Positions 53,960 through 63,743 of a stretch of DNA of 64,000 nucleotides are shown here, one piece after another. Origin of the DNA: a virus (taxonomy: Duplodnaviria; Caudoviricetes); the IMG/VR virus record IMGVR_UViG_2902511754_000003, positions 9,764 to 73,763 of that record; one strand, given 5' to 3'. The stretch's first letter is position 1. Every line of letters starts with the position of its first letter. The notes beneath the pieces were generated by a model. It saw only the letters and a list, made by a program, of their open reading frames with translations, was not told where the DNA came from and ran no database searches. The translations under genes were made by a program, and so were the position numbers.

Positions 53960-54739
53960 ATGCTTAATTTTGCTCAAGTATCCAATCGTCGAATTGGCAA
54001 GATTACGTTTGATGTTGTTTCGAGTGAAGATCATCAGTCGAATTTATCCATTACTGAAAATCCTATTGAATCTGGTGCGGCAATCGCAGATCACGCAGTT
54101 ATTCAACCTAAACAGGTGACGATTAACGGCATTATGGTTGATCACGATCATAACGGATTTGGTGCGGATATTCCATATCTTGGCAATATTCGTGGAGGTG
54201 TTGATTTTTTAAATCGTTTGCCGCTACCGATTAATGTTGTAACAAAAACCGCTCAAACCTTAGCTAAAGCGGGGCGTGTACTTAGTCAAAGTGCAAGCAT
54301 TATTAAAACTGCTAGCGATGCAATTAATGGGGTGCGAAAAATCGCCCCATTTTTACCGGATTTCTCACTGGGGGGATTGCTGGATAGTTCGCTTGGTGGC
54401 GATGGTAGGGTGCAACAGTGTTATGCGGACTTGCTCGCTAGTCAAAAGTCCGGAGAAACAATTGATATTCAGACCGGCATACATCTTTACAAAGACATGC
54501 TCATACAGTCTATTGCGGTCAATCAATCACAAGACGGCAGTGCCACTTTCACGATTACCGCGCGAGAGATTTTTATTGTCGAAACCCAAACCACAAGCAG
54601 CGGTACATCCGCCGCAGGCAAAGATAAAAGTGGACGCGCGGCGACACAATCGGCAACCAAAACCCAACAAGGCACGACACAACCCGTGGAAAAATCACCG
54701 AAAAAAACATCCGCACTTTTTAACATTTTCAAAGGATAG
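53960..54739 (+). CDS. Tail/baseplate hub-proximal protein
   Basis: Follows tape measure; TENPIESGA.IADHA..QP. Confidence 0.75.
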   Translation: MLNFAQVSNRRIGKITFDVVSSEDHQSNLSITENPIESGAAIADHAVIQPKQVTINGIMVDHDHNGFGADIPYLGNIRGGVDFLNRLPLPINVVTKTAQTLAKAGRVLSQSASIIKTASDAINGVRKIAPFLPDFSLGGLLDSSLGGDGRVQQCYADLLASQKSGETIDIQTGIHLYKDMLIQSIAVNQSQDGSATFTITAREIFIVETQTTSSGTSAAGKDKSGRAATQSATKTQQGTTQPVEKSPKKTSALFNIFKG

Positions 54740-54744
54740 TTAAG

Positions 54745-55047
54745 ATGAAACAAATCCCTCTCACATCATCACCCTATCAAGAACAAACGATAGAATTTAA
54801 TGGCGTGAAAATTAGAATTACCTTGCGTTTTAATAGCGTAGGAAATTTCTGGGCAATGGATGTTTATGAACCGGTGAATCAACGTCAAATTTGCCAAGGG
54901 CAAGCACTTGCTTGTGGTGTGCCGATTTTATCGCGATCAATCCAACCCTATTATTTTTACCTTGAAGATGAGAGTGGTGCTCAATTAGATCCTGAAAGCG
55001 TAAGTGATTTAGGAACACGCTGTTTTCTCTACATAGGAGAGAAATAA
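54745..55047 (+). CDS. Small baseplate protein
   Basis: Position; IPL...PYQ...L.FN. Confidence 0.7.
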   Translation: MKQIPLTSSPYQEQTIEFNGVKIRITLRFNSVGNFWAMDVYEPVNQRQICQGQALACGVPILSRSIQPYYFYLEDESGAQLDPESVSDLGTRCFLYIGEK

Positions 55048-55916
55048 TGATACAGTTCGGTAGGCAGTGGAAACTTGATATTAGCAATGACCAAGAAACG
55101 CTAAGCATTGAGCAACTCCGCGTAGCGTTTGAAATCGACAAAACCATTAATGAAAAACCCAACCCAGCAAGAATCCAAGTGTGGAATCTTAACCGAAATC
55201 ATATCAACCAACTTTTAAGCCAAGACTATAAAAAAGTCTCGCTGTCTGTTGGGTATAGTGAGATGAGGCAGATTTATACTGGAGATATTACTAAAACACG
55301 CATTCAGCGTGAAGGATTGGATTTTATTTTAACGCTGGAATGCGCCGATGGTTATCAAGCTTATACACGTTCCCGCGCCAAAACTACACTTAAAGCGGGC
55401 GCGACAGACAAGCAAATTGTGGAAGAAATCCAAAAAACAATGCTAAATGTTAATACTGGCGCAGTGGATATCCCTAACCAACGGAAGCTCCCACGCGGAC
55501 GCGTGTTAAATGGTAATAGCCGAGATATTCTCACTAAAATTGCCCGTAACAATGGCGCAGACTGGTCTATTCAAGATGGTTCGTTGGTGTTTTTACCAAA
55601 GGACAAAGTGCTGAATGATGATGCTGTCTTAATCTCACAAGAAACAGGGATGATTAACGCGCCGGAGCAAACGGATGAAGGGCTAGAAGTAACTTGTTTA
55701 CTTAATCCGGCATTACAAATTGGCGGATTAGTGCGAGTGGAATCCATCATTGAGTATTTTAACGGTGATTACAAAGTTGTGAAGCTGATACACAGTGGTG
55801 ATGGTATAGGCGGAAACTGGCAAAGTAAAATGATCGTAGTCGGTGGCAAGTTCAAAAAAGTCGAAAAAGAAAAGAGTAAATCAGACAAAAGCAAGGGAAA
55901 GGATAAAAAGAAATGA
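55047..55916 (+). CDS. Baseplate hub protein
   Basis: Position before spike; WSIQDG, CLLNP....GG.V. Confidence 0.75.
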   Translation: MIQFGRQWKLDISNDQETLSIEQLRVAFEIDKTINEKPNPARIQVWNLNRNHINQLLSQDYKKVSLSVGYSEMRQIYTGDITKTRIQREGLDFILTLECADGYQAYTRSRAKTTLKAGATDKQIVEEIQKTMLNVNTGAVDIPNQRKLPRGRVLNGNSRDILTKIARNNGADWSIQDGSLVFLPKDKVLNDDAVLISQETGMINAPEQTDEGLEVTCLLNPALQIGGLVRVESIIEYFNGDYKVVKLIHSGDGIGGNWQSKMIVVGGKFKKVEKEKSKSDKSKGKDKKK

Positions 55917-56557
55917 ATTATTCAATAGATTTAGCAACACCTGAAACGGCGACTGATTTACAAATCCAACAAGATCGCTTAAATCTGCACACCGCATTAC
56001 CCGCAAAGGTCGTGAGTTTTGATCCGTCAAAACAAACCGTTACCCTTGCAGTACAAATTAAAATGCAGTTGGACGATGGAAGTGGTGCGGATATTCCGCC
56101 TTTGGTTGATGTGCCGGTGAGCTTTCCGCGCGGTGGAGGGTTTGCGGTAACTTTTCCATTAAAAGCAGGTGATGAAGGAGTAGCCATTTTCTCCGAACGT
56201 TGCATTGATGGCTGGTGGCAAAGCTCGGAAGCATCTTTACCACTTGATTTTAGATTGCACGATCTATCAGATGCAATGTTTATCCCCGGTATTTGTTCAA
56301 CCCCTAGATCCATTAAAAGCTTTTTTACCGGTGGTTTATCAATGCAAACGCTTGATGGCAGCACTTATATTCGCATCGAAAATGGCTCAATTAAAATCAA
56401 AGGCAATATTGAGCATAATGGCGATACAGAACAAAAAGGCAAGTACAGCTCAACAGGTATTATATCAAGTGATGTTGATGTAATGGCTGCGGGTAAATCG
56501 GGCAAATCGCACAAACACTCAGGCGATAGCGGAGGCAAAACAGGAGAGCCGGAATGA
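55913..56557 (+). CDS. Baseplate spike (Gp138-like)
   Basis: HTALPAKV, VPV.FPRGGG, HDLSDA; C-terminal HKH. Confidence 0.85.
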   Translation: MNYSIDLATPETATDLQIQQDRLNLHTALPAKVVSFDPSKQTVTLAVQIKMQLDDGSGADIPPLVDVPVSFPRGGGFAVTFPLKAGDEGVAIFSERCIDGWWQSSEASLPLDFRLHDLSDAMFIPGICSTPRSIKSFFTGGLSMQTLDGSTYIRIENGSIKIKGNIEHNGDTEQKGKYSSTGIISSDVDVMAAGKSGKSHKHSGDSGGKTGEPE

Positions 56558-56907
56558 GAGTAAGACGGTTAGATAAAAATCATGATTGGACATTCGGGCA
56601 AGGCTTTGTGAATTATGCATCAGAATCTGAAGCGATTGCGCAGAACGTACAAACACGCCTTTTGTCATTTGCTAATGACTGGTTTCTAGATTTAAATCAT
56701 GGCTTACCGTGGCTTGAACAAATGGGGCACAATGTCAATCTGAGCGATTGGGAAATCCGCATTAAGCGACACGTATTGCAAACAGAAGGTGTGATTAAGA
56801 TCACAGAATATGAATCTATCTTTGATCCTGATACGCGACAATTAAAAATCACTATCAGCTATCAAGATATCTACGGACAACAACAAACTGCACGATATGA
56901 TGTTTAA
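56554..56907 (+). CDS. Baseplate wedge protein
   Basis: RRLD..HDWTFG, DWFLD...GLPW. Confidence 0.8.
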   Translation: MRVRRLDKNHDWTFGQGFVNYASESEAIAQNVQTRLLSFANDWFLDLNHGLPWLEQMGHNVNLSDWEIRIKRHVLQTEGVIKITEYESIFDPDTRQLKITISYQDIYGQQQTARYDV

Positions 56908-57039
56908 AACACAGTCTAATTTTATGGTAAAAATTTGCGATCTATATCTCAAAATTGAAATAAATTTGGCTTAAAACTTACAAAAACATTTTGGGTTTCG
57001 TAGAATGGGTGTTTCTATTTTTTACTAAGGAACATACTT

Positions 57040-58134
57040 ATGAACGCAACCAATATTATTGCGATAATCATTGTTATTTTGGCTTTCTGTAGTCCTTTTG
57101 CGTTGATTTACTGGATCGTAAGAAAAATAAAGAAATATATAGGGCAAAAAAATAAACCTTTATCTAATAAGTCAGAAGTTTATATAAAAAATAAGAGCAA
57201 TATCAATACCTCAGTAATTCATAATCAAAATTTTAATAAAAAAATAAATCGTAAGTTACATATTGTTAGTGATATGAATTTAAAAAATTATACTAATGAA
57301 GAGATTATTGAGTTAGTATTTGATCCTTTTTTGAGGATAAAAACATTTTCAGATGAATTAAAAACAAATGTAACTTATCGAGATTATAATGGGAATATTA
57401 TTTTTGATAGAACATTTACTGCGCTTGAGATGAGGAGTGAACGAATAGATAATTATCTGTTAATTCAATTTGCAAGATCAGATGGAGATGATGCATTTAA
57501 GCTGTATTTTATTGACTTATTAAATAATAAAGTGATATTTTCTGTATATCCGGAATTCTACTGGGATGAGGTGAATTCTTATGATGGAAACATATTGGTG
57601 ATAAAAAATAAATATGGTAGTTTTGAAGTAAATAATTTTGGACAGTTGGTTGATAATGTTACCTACTTAAAGGCTGTTGCAGTTTCTTACTCTATAGAAT
57701 CTTTAGACGCTGTTTCACAATTGTTTAGTAAGTTAGACAAAAACAAAGATAATATTCAATTTTATCACTCTGTTTTAGATGAATGTTTCGTCAAAATTCA
57801 ATCTGAATTCCATGCTTTAGGTTATCTTGCTAATTTATTAAAAATAAAAGGTGAAATTTTTGAGTATCAAAATGATTTTTATAATGCATATAGAGTGTAT
57901 GCTTTGGGATTGAAGTTAAATGCTAAACTAAGCGTAAGGAATGCTATAAAAAGAGTATCAAAACAATTAAGACAAAACACTATAGATTCTATCAACAAGT
58001 CAATTACATTTCTTGCTGACTCTTTGATTGCTAAAAATAAAGAGTTACGAGAAAAAAGTTTAGAGAAAAGCAGATTGGGTTTTGAAGAGGGTGTTAGAAC
58101 AGGAAGAATAGTGATAAAAGAATCTGAAAAGTGA
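57040..58134 (+). CDS. Very AT-rich moron protein with N-terminal membrane anchor
   Basis: 364 aa; own promoter TTACAA-N17-TAGAAT; terminator 58141-58169. Confidence 0.82.
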   Translation: MNATNIIAIIIVILAFCSPFALIYWIVRKIKKYIGQKNKPLSNKSEVYIKNKSNINTSVIHNQNFNKKINRKLHIVSDMNLKNYTNEEIIELVFDPFLRIKTFSDELKTNVTYRDYNGNIIFDRTFTALEMRSERIDNYLLIQFARSDGDDAFKLYFIDLLNNKVIFSVYPEFYWDEVNSYDGNILVIKNKYGSFEVNNFGQLVDNVTYLKAVAVSYSIESLDAVSQLFSKLDKNKDNIQFYHSVLDECFVKIQSEFHALGYLANLLKIKGEIFEYQNDFYNAYRVYALGLKLNAKLSVRNAIKRVSKQLRQNTIDSINKSITFLADSLIAKNKELREKSLEKSRLGFEEGVRTGRIVIKESEK

Positions 58135-58173
58135 TGTCTTAGCCCTATTATAATTAGTAGGGCTTTTTTGTTA

Positions 58174-58450
58174 TTGACAAGAACAAAGCAAAGCAATAGA
58201 CTTACCTACAAGGTCTCAAAAGCCTTATGTTCAACGGTATTCACTCCGTCAGCGTGATTTTTTTGTATCTAAAATTTGTGATCTCTTTCTCTTTACCACA
58301 AGATTTAGTGATACAAAACAACAATGTAATCAATGATCGACAGTGCGACTAATACAATACCTTCGGGGAATACGTCCGCCTGATTGAACACAGGTTTTGA
58401 GCTGTCGATCACCCTACAATGTAGGATTTCTCTCAAAAGGAAATGTTCAA
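58174..58450 (+). ncRNA. C4-like antisense RNA switch 4
   Basis: TTGACA-N17-TAGACT; same core; TTGAACA/TTTTGAG complementary to flanking TGTTCAA/CTCAAAA. Confidence 0.75.
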
Positions 58451-59110
58451 ATGACTAACTTAACTATTCTTTCAAATAAAATTCGTACTTTAGATAATCT
58501 CTATTCCTTGAATGACCTTCACTTGGCTAGTGGTAACGATCCAAAACATCGTCCTAGTTTATTTGCTCGTAATGAACAAACTAAGGAATTAGCAAAAGAG
58601 ATTGAAAGTGAGCGAAGCACAAAAACGATCTTCGCTATAAAAACAATTCGTGGTGGAAAAGATATTTCTGTGCAAGGCACTTGGGCTTGTGAAGAACTCG
58701 TCTTAAGCTATGCAATGTGGATAAGCCCGAAATTCCACTTAATCGTCTTGAGAGCATTTTTAGCAATGCACCGGAATGAGCCGAAACAGCTTGCTTTGCC
58801 AACGCCCGAACGCACTTTCACCCTCAAACTCACTGAACAGGAATTATGCGATCTTTGTTGGCTATGGAAAGCGGCAGAAGCCATGCGTAACTTGCTTAAA
58901 CTCATTGAACCTGCGTTAGATATACTTGGTTCTCGCTATGCGGGAGCGGCTCATTCCTGTTCCGTTGAATATCGCCGAACGATTGAAAGCGCAAGAGATA
59001 TACTCCTTCGCCCCACAGGCGAAATCAAAGAGCAAGGCACTTACCTTGAAGAAAATTGGCACAGAGTGCTACACGAACTCCGCAAAGGCGAGCTAAATAA
59101 AATCTATTAA
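58451..59110 (+). CDS. Antirepressor-type protein, KilA-N domain
   Basis: LYSLNDLH.ASG..PKHRPSLF...GTWACEELVLSYAMWISPKFHL. Confidence 0.9.
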   Translation: MTNLTILSNKIRTLDNLYSLNDLHLASGNDPKHRPSLFARNEQTKELAKEIESERSTKTIFAIKTIRGGKDISVQGTWACEELVLSYAMWISPKFHLIVLRAFLAMHRNEPKQLALPTPERTFTLKLTEQELCDLCWLWKAAEAMRNLLKLIEPALDILGSRYAGAAHSCSVEYRRTIESARDILLRPTGEIKEQGTYLEENWHRVLHELRKGELNKIY

Positions 59111-59228
59111 AACCCAACCAAAACCGACCGCACTTTTTTAAGCCTGCGGCGGTTTTCTGCACCCTAAATAACCCTGAGAAATGACTTTCTCGGGGTTTTT
59201 TATTATCCAAAATTTAATAGGAGTAATA

Positions 59229-59750
59229 ATGAAGACATTAAAAGCAAAATTCTTAGGCTTGGATATTTTAGTAATTAATCACGAAAATAAGCCTTACGTG
59301 CCGATGAAACAAATTGCCGAAAATATCGGTTTAGATTGGAAAGCCCAACATTCCAGAATTAAGCGTAACGAGGTTCTTTCCGAAGGTATGGTCATTATGA
59401 CCATACCTTCAAATGGCGGCGGGCAAGAAGCCGTTTGTTTACCGCTTCATTATTTAAACGGCTGGCTTTTCGGGGTTAAACCCTCAAAAGTAAAGCCGGA
59501 AATCAAAGCTAAACTGATCGAATATCAAAAAGAATGCTACGAAGTGTTATGGGATTACTGGACGCTTGGTGTCGCAAAATGGGAAAATATTCGCCAACAA
59601 CGTGAAGTATTGGAAGAAAATGAAGCTGAATCTAAAAAACGTGGTAGTGAAGCGGGACGGGCCTTGCAAAAGCGAAAAAAGGAAAAGTGCGCTTATGAAG
59701 AAGTTAGGCAACGATTAGCCCAAATGGAACAACTTGACTTTGCATTTTAA
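59229..59750 (+). CDS. P22-type antirepressor N-terminal domain protein
   Basis: PYVPMKQI.ENIGLDW..Q, CLPL..LNGWLFG, YQKECY.VLWDYW. Confidence 0.9.
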   Translation: MKTLKAKFLGLDILVINHENKPYVPMKQIAENIGLDWKAQHSRIKRNEVLSEGMVIMTIPSNGGGQEAVCLPLHYLNGWLFGVKPSKVKPEIKAKLIEYQKECYEVLWDYWTLGVAKWENIRQQREVLEENEAESKKRGSEAGRALQKRKKEKCAYEEVRQRLAQMEQLDFAF

Positions 59751-59794
59751 ATTGACCGCATTTTATATGCGGTTTTTTATTTATAGAGGTATTT

Positions 59795-60937
59795 ATGGCA
59801 AAACTCACAGAAACCGGCATCCAGATTGAGCGATTAAATAACATTGTGGCAAAGTTAGAAAGTGGTTTTCGCGAAATATACGGACAAAATATTGACCTTT
59901 CACCAAATACGCCAGACGGTCAGATGGTGGGGTTGCTCGCTCAAATTAGAATGGATATTGAGGAGTTATCTGAAAATATTTATCGACAGCTCGATCCTGA
60001 TGTGGCCACTGGAACGTGGCTTGAGCAGCGAGTGTCTTATGCTGGATTAATGCGTAGGAGTGCAAGCTATAGCTATTTGCGGTCAGTGATTTTGACAGGT
60101 GAACCAAACACACCACTGTATGCCGGTATTATCGTTTCAGATCCTCATAAAGTGCGCTGGGTTTTGACTGCCGACGTACAACTTGATAGCAACGGTTCTG
60201 CGCGTGCTGATTTTCGCAGTGAACAACTAGGCGCATTTAATCTTGCGAAAAACACTGAGCTAACGATTGAAACGGTAACTCTTGGATTTAATAGCGCAAC
60301 TACTTTTGAAAATGCGGAAATCGGTGCAGAAGAAGAAACTGATCAGCAGTTGCGAGAGCGTTTCTGGGTAAGCCGAACCAAGAATGCGACGAATTCGGCT
60401 GAGGCTATTACAGCTAAAATCCGAGCGTTGCCAGATGTTGAGCAAGTCCGCACGCTTGAAAATAATAGTAATCAACGTGACAAATTAGGAGTCGAACCAC
60501 ACTCTCTCAATATCATTGTAGAGGGGGGCGAAGACAGCCAAATTGCAGAAGTTATTTATTATAACAAAGGTGCGGGTGTGGGATTGCAAGGCTCAACTGA
60601 AGTGACTTTTCGGCGTGATAATGAGCCTCGTTTAATTCGTTTCGATCGCGCAGTAGCTGTTGATATTCAAATTTCAATGCGCTGTGTTCGATATGAAGAT
60701 TTTACTGAAATTGATAAAGATGAGATTAAGAGATTACTGACGGCTCAAAAATTCAGCATTGGTCAAACCGTCTCGCTCTCACGTCTTTATTCACCGATAA
60801 ATCAAGTTGGTGGTTTCTGGATTAAAGAGCTCAAAATTGCGCGCAAAGGACAAGCGTTGAAAGCAGAAAATGTGGTGTTGCAACCGCGTGAATTAGCTCG
60901 CATTTTGAGTGCAGATATTAGTATTGAGGTGGAATAA
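59795..60937 (+). CDS. Baseplate J/gp47-family protein
   Basis: TPDGQ, ATG..L, G...ETD..LR.R. Confidence 0.9.
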   Translation: MAKLTETGIQIERLNNIVAKLESGFREIYGQNIDLSPNTPDGQMVGLLAQIRMDIEELSENIYRQLDPDVATGTWLEQRVSYAGLMRRSASYSYLRSVILTGEPNTPLYAGIIVSDPHKVRWVLTADVQLDSNGSARADFRSEQLGAFNLAKNTELTIETVTLGFNSATTFENAEIGAEEETDQQLRERFWVSRTKNATNSAEAITAKIRALPDVEQVRTLENNSNQRDKLGVEPHSLNIIVEGGEDSQIAEVIYYNKGAGVGLQGSTEVTFRRDNEPRLIRFDRAVAVDIQISMRCVRYEDFTEIDKDEIKRLLTAQKFSIGQTVSLSRLYSPINQVGGFWIKELKIARKGQALKAENVVLQPRELARILSADISIEVE

Positions 60938-61512
60938 TGGCTTATTCCGATTTGCTAATTTGGCAATACCAAGGAAAACCAAAAGCTCTTGCTACAATCC
61001 AACTATTAGAAAATGTGATTGCACAAGGGTTTATTGATTTATATCAATTACAAAATGTCCTCAATATCGAAACCGCAACAGGCGATCAGCTTGATTTAGT
61101 AGGTAAGCATGTAGGGCAAACTCGAGTTATCAACGGTTATCAGTTACGCAAGTTCTTCGGTTTTCAAAATGCGCAAAATGCAATGGGTTTTAGTAGAACA
61201 AGACAAGGAGGCGGACAGTGGTACCGAAAACGAGATCCTCTCGCCGATTCTGTGCGGTTATCCGATGCAGACTATCGTTTCTTGATAAAATGTCGAATTA
61301 TTAAAAATTATCAAATAGGCACGCTATCGAACATCATCGAAGCGTGCCGTTTTATTTTCGGCGTCGATTGTCGAGTGGTAGATAATTTAAATATGACCGT
61401 GACTGTGACCGTGAATAATGGTTTATCCACAGACTTTGTCAAGTACGCAATTAATCATCTTGATATTCTTCCGCGACAAGCCGGAACGGAAATTATTTTT
61501 GAACTCCAATAG
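60937..61512 (+). CDS. Baseplate wedge protein (DUF2612-like)
   Basis: LIWQY..KPKA, TATG.QLD.VG..VG. Confidence 0.85.
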   Translation: MAYSDLLIWQYQGKPKALATIQLLENVIAQGFIDLYQLQNVLNIETATGDQLDLVGKHVGQTRVINGYQLRKFFGFQNAQNAMGFSRTRQGGGQWYRKRDPLADSVRLSDADYRFLIKCRIIKNYQIGTLSNIIEACRFIFGVDCRVVDNLNMTVTVTVNNGLSTDFVKYAINHLDILPRQAGTEIIFELQ

Positions 61513-61521
61513 AGGTGCTTT

Positions 61522-63150
61522 ATGGCATTACACAATAAACCAGATGAATACATTTTTGCTTCCGAGGCGAAACAGGGTGAAGTAGATAATTTTCCCGATC
61601 TACCAAGAGGGTGGGGAATTTCTTTTGAGCAAACAGGCGGCATTCCGCCAATGGAATGGTTTAACTACTTATTTAAACGAATAGATGAAAAATATGGTTA
61701 CTTAATGCAGCGTGGTTTGTCGGAATGGTCAGCAACACAGGATTATCCTAAAGGCGCTTTTGTGCAACATAAAAACTTAAGTTATAAAGCATTAACAGCG
61801 AATAAAAGTAAGGAACCGGGAGCAGTGAATGCTGCTGATTGGCAACGATGGGGATTCACGCTAACGGAGATAGCCAAAGCTACGCTTCAGCAAGCGGGCA
61901 TAGTCCAATTAAATTCTGCAACCAACAGCACCAGCGAAACGCAAGCGGCAACGCCAAAAGCGGTAAAAACCGTCAAAGACCAACTCGACAGTGTACAACG
62001 CAATCAGGCTAACTACATCCCAAACAGCAAAAAATCCAATGCGGTTAATAGTGCGTCATCTGATACGGTGGCAACTTCGGTTGCGGTTAAAACAGCTTAT
62101 GACAAAGGAGTGGAAGCAAAAAACGCTGCTGATAATGCTAACAACAATGTAAACAGACGTGCGTTTGGACTTGCATTATCAAACGAGGATTTAAACAGCA
62201 TTGCTGTTACCGGCATTTACGGACAATCTTTAAATTCCAACTCAACATCAGCTCGACATTATCCAATAGAACAAGCCGGGAAGCTGATAGTGACTGGAAG
62301 CTCCGGCTTTGGCGCACAGCAGCTTTATATCAGTTATCACGATAATCACATTTATGCGCGAGGGAAAAATCAAAATGGTTGGAGTGACTGGAAACGCATT
62401 GACGGCTTAAACGGAGTGTCAAAATCGGGCGATACGATGACCGGAAATCTGGTCATTGATACGGATGATTCGTTGCTTAAAGGTAAAAGAAGCGGGGTGA
62501 ATAAATATGCTGTCGGGCTACGAAATAGTACAAGTAACGATGTTGTCGTGCTCAATTATACTGATAATACCTCGATCGAATTGCTTGCGAATTCGGTTTA
62601 CTCAAATAAAACGCTTGTCGCGCCGGGAATGATTCTGGAGGATTCTGATTGGACGGGATTAAATATAAAAAATTTATCGGGTCGCTACGTCAGATTTGAA
62701 GGCAATCCTCATTCCGCAACTAACATGCTGACTATTATGTATAGGGAAGCAAACGGAACAAATATTAATACGGTTTCTTTGCGGAAGAAAGGCGGTACGC
62801 TGGCATTACTTGAAGATTTTACCTATCAAAAAATTGGTAATTTCGAAGTTAGACGCTATCCAGACGGAACGATGATTCAGACTTATTTCGCTGAATTCAA
62901 TGATATTTTCGGCGCTAACTCCGGACTGGGCGGTTCTGGGCAAAAACAATTAACTTGGGCTGCGGCTTTTGTTGGTAAACCCATAGTGTTTGGCAACATC
63001 ACCACATCTCTAGAGGAGAATCATAATGCAGGAGTAAATATACTTACTAAATCAACAAACACTACATTATATTGGTATAACTATGAGAGTGGTAGCGCTA
63101 ATCAGAGGTTGTGCCGCTTGCAATTTTTGGCAATCGGGAGATGGAGATAA
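61522..63150 (+). CDS. Tail fibre protein
   Basis: GGIPPMEWFN N-terminus; central blocks shared with gpH of the P2-like phage. Confidence 0.9.
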   Translation: MALHNKPDEYIFASEAKQGEVDNFPDLPRGWGISFEQTGGIPPMEWFNYLFKRIDEKYGYLMQRGLSEWSATQDYPKGAFVQHKNLSYKALTANKSKEPGAVNAADWQRWGFTLTEIAKATLQQAGIVQLNSATNSTSETQAATPKAVKTVKDQLDSVQRNQANYIPNSKKSNAVNSASSDTVATSVAVKTAYDKGVEAKNAADNANNNVNRRAFGLALSNEDLNSIAVTGIYGQSLNSNSTSARHYPIEQAGKLIVTGSSGFGAQQLYISYHDNHIYARGKNQNGWSDWKRIDGLNGVSKSGDTMTGNLVIDTDDSLLKGKRSGVNKYAVGLRNSTSNDVVVLNYTDNTSIELLANSVYSNKTLVAPGMILEDSDWTGLNIKNLSGRYVRFEGNPHSATNMLTIMYREANGTNINTVSLRKKGGTLALLEDFTYQKIGNFEVRRYPDGTMIQTYFAEFNDIFGANSGLGGSGQKQLTWAAAFVGKPIVFGNITTSLEENHNAGVNILTKSTNTTLYWYNYESGSANQRLCRLQFLAIGRWR

Positions 63151-63743
63151 TGGCAATTTATTTTAAAGACGGATTTTTTAATGATGATTTTGGCGGGTTT
63201 GTGCCGGAAGGCGCGATAGAAATCAGCGAAGAAAAATATATTGAGTTGCTTGAGGGGCAAGAGCAAGGAAAACAAATCATCAGTGATAAACAAGGAACCC
63301 CAGTACTGCTTGAGCCACAACCCAGTCCGGCTCACGAATTAAAAGATGGTGAGTGGATTATTTCAAAAACCAAAATAACCGCACTTACCACCCAACGCAA
63401 AACAACCCTTTTACAACGCATTGCGGACAAAACCGATCAATTTAAAATGCAATATCTGCAAGGGTATTCTCAAGCCGAGATTGACAGTTTTTACCGTCAA
63501 GAACGTGAAGCGAGAAATGAATTGCCGGAAATGATTTTAACTGAAATCTTCAAGGGTCGTGACGACTTAAAAAACATTGAAGAGTTGAAACAAAAAGTCA
63601 TCGAAAAAGCGGATTTGTTCGCCATTGTGATGGGTAAACTTTTTGCAATTAAGCAAAATTTTGAAACCCATATCGAACAAGCGCAAACGTTAGAAGAACT
63701 AGACCAAATTGAACAGGAGATTGAGCAATGGCAAAAACTGTAA
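63150..63743 (+). CDS. Tail fibre assembly/chaperone protein (start MAIYFKDG)
   Basis: TAATG coupling; VPEGAIEIS..KY.ELL.GQ..GK.I. Confidence 0.85.
   Translation: MAIYFKDGFFNDDFGGFVPEGAIEISEEKYIELLEGQEQGKQIISDKQGTPVLLEPQPSPAHELKDGEWIISKTKITALTTQRKTTLLQRIADKTDQFKMQYLQGYSQAEIDSFYRQEREARNELPEMILTEIFKGRDDLKNIEELKQKVIEKADLFAIVMGKLFAIKQNFETHIEQAQTLEELDQIEQEIEQWQKL

Noticed and set aside
45457-56364. Antisense shadow ORFs in the second late operon (e.g. 45457-45924, 51795-52457, 55918-56364)
   Set aside because: Ser/Phe-rich reverse complements of Glu/Lys-rich genes
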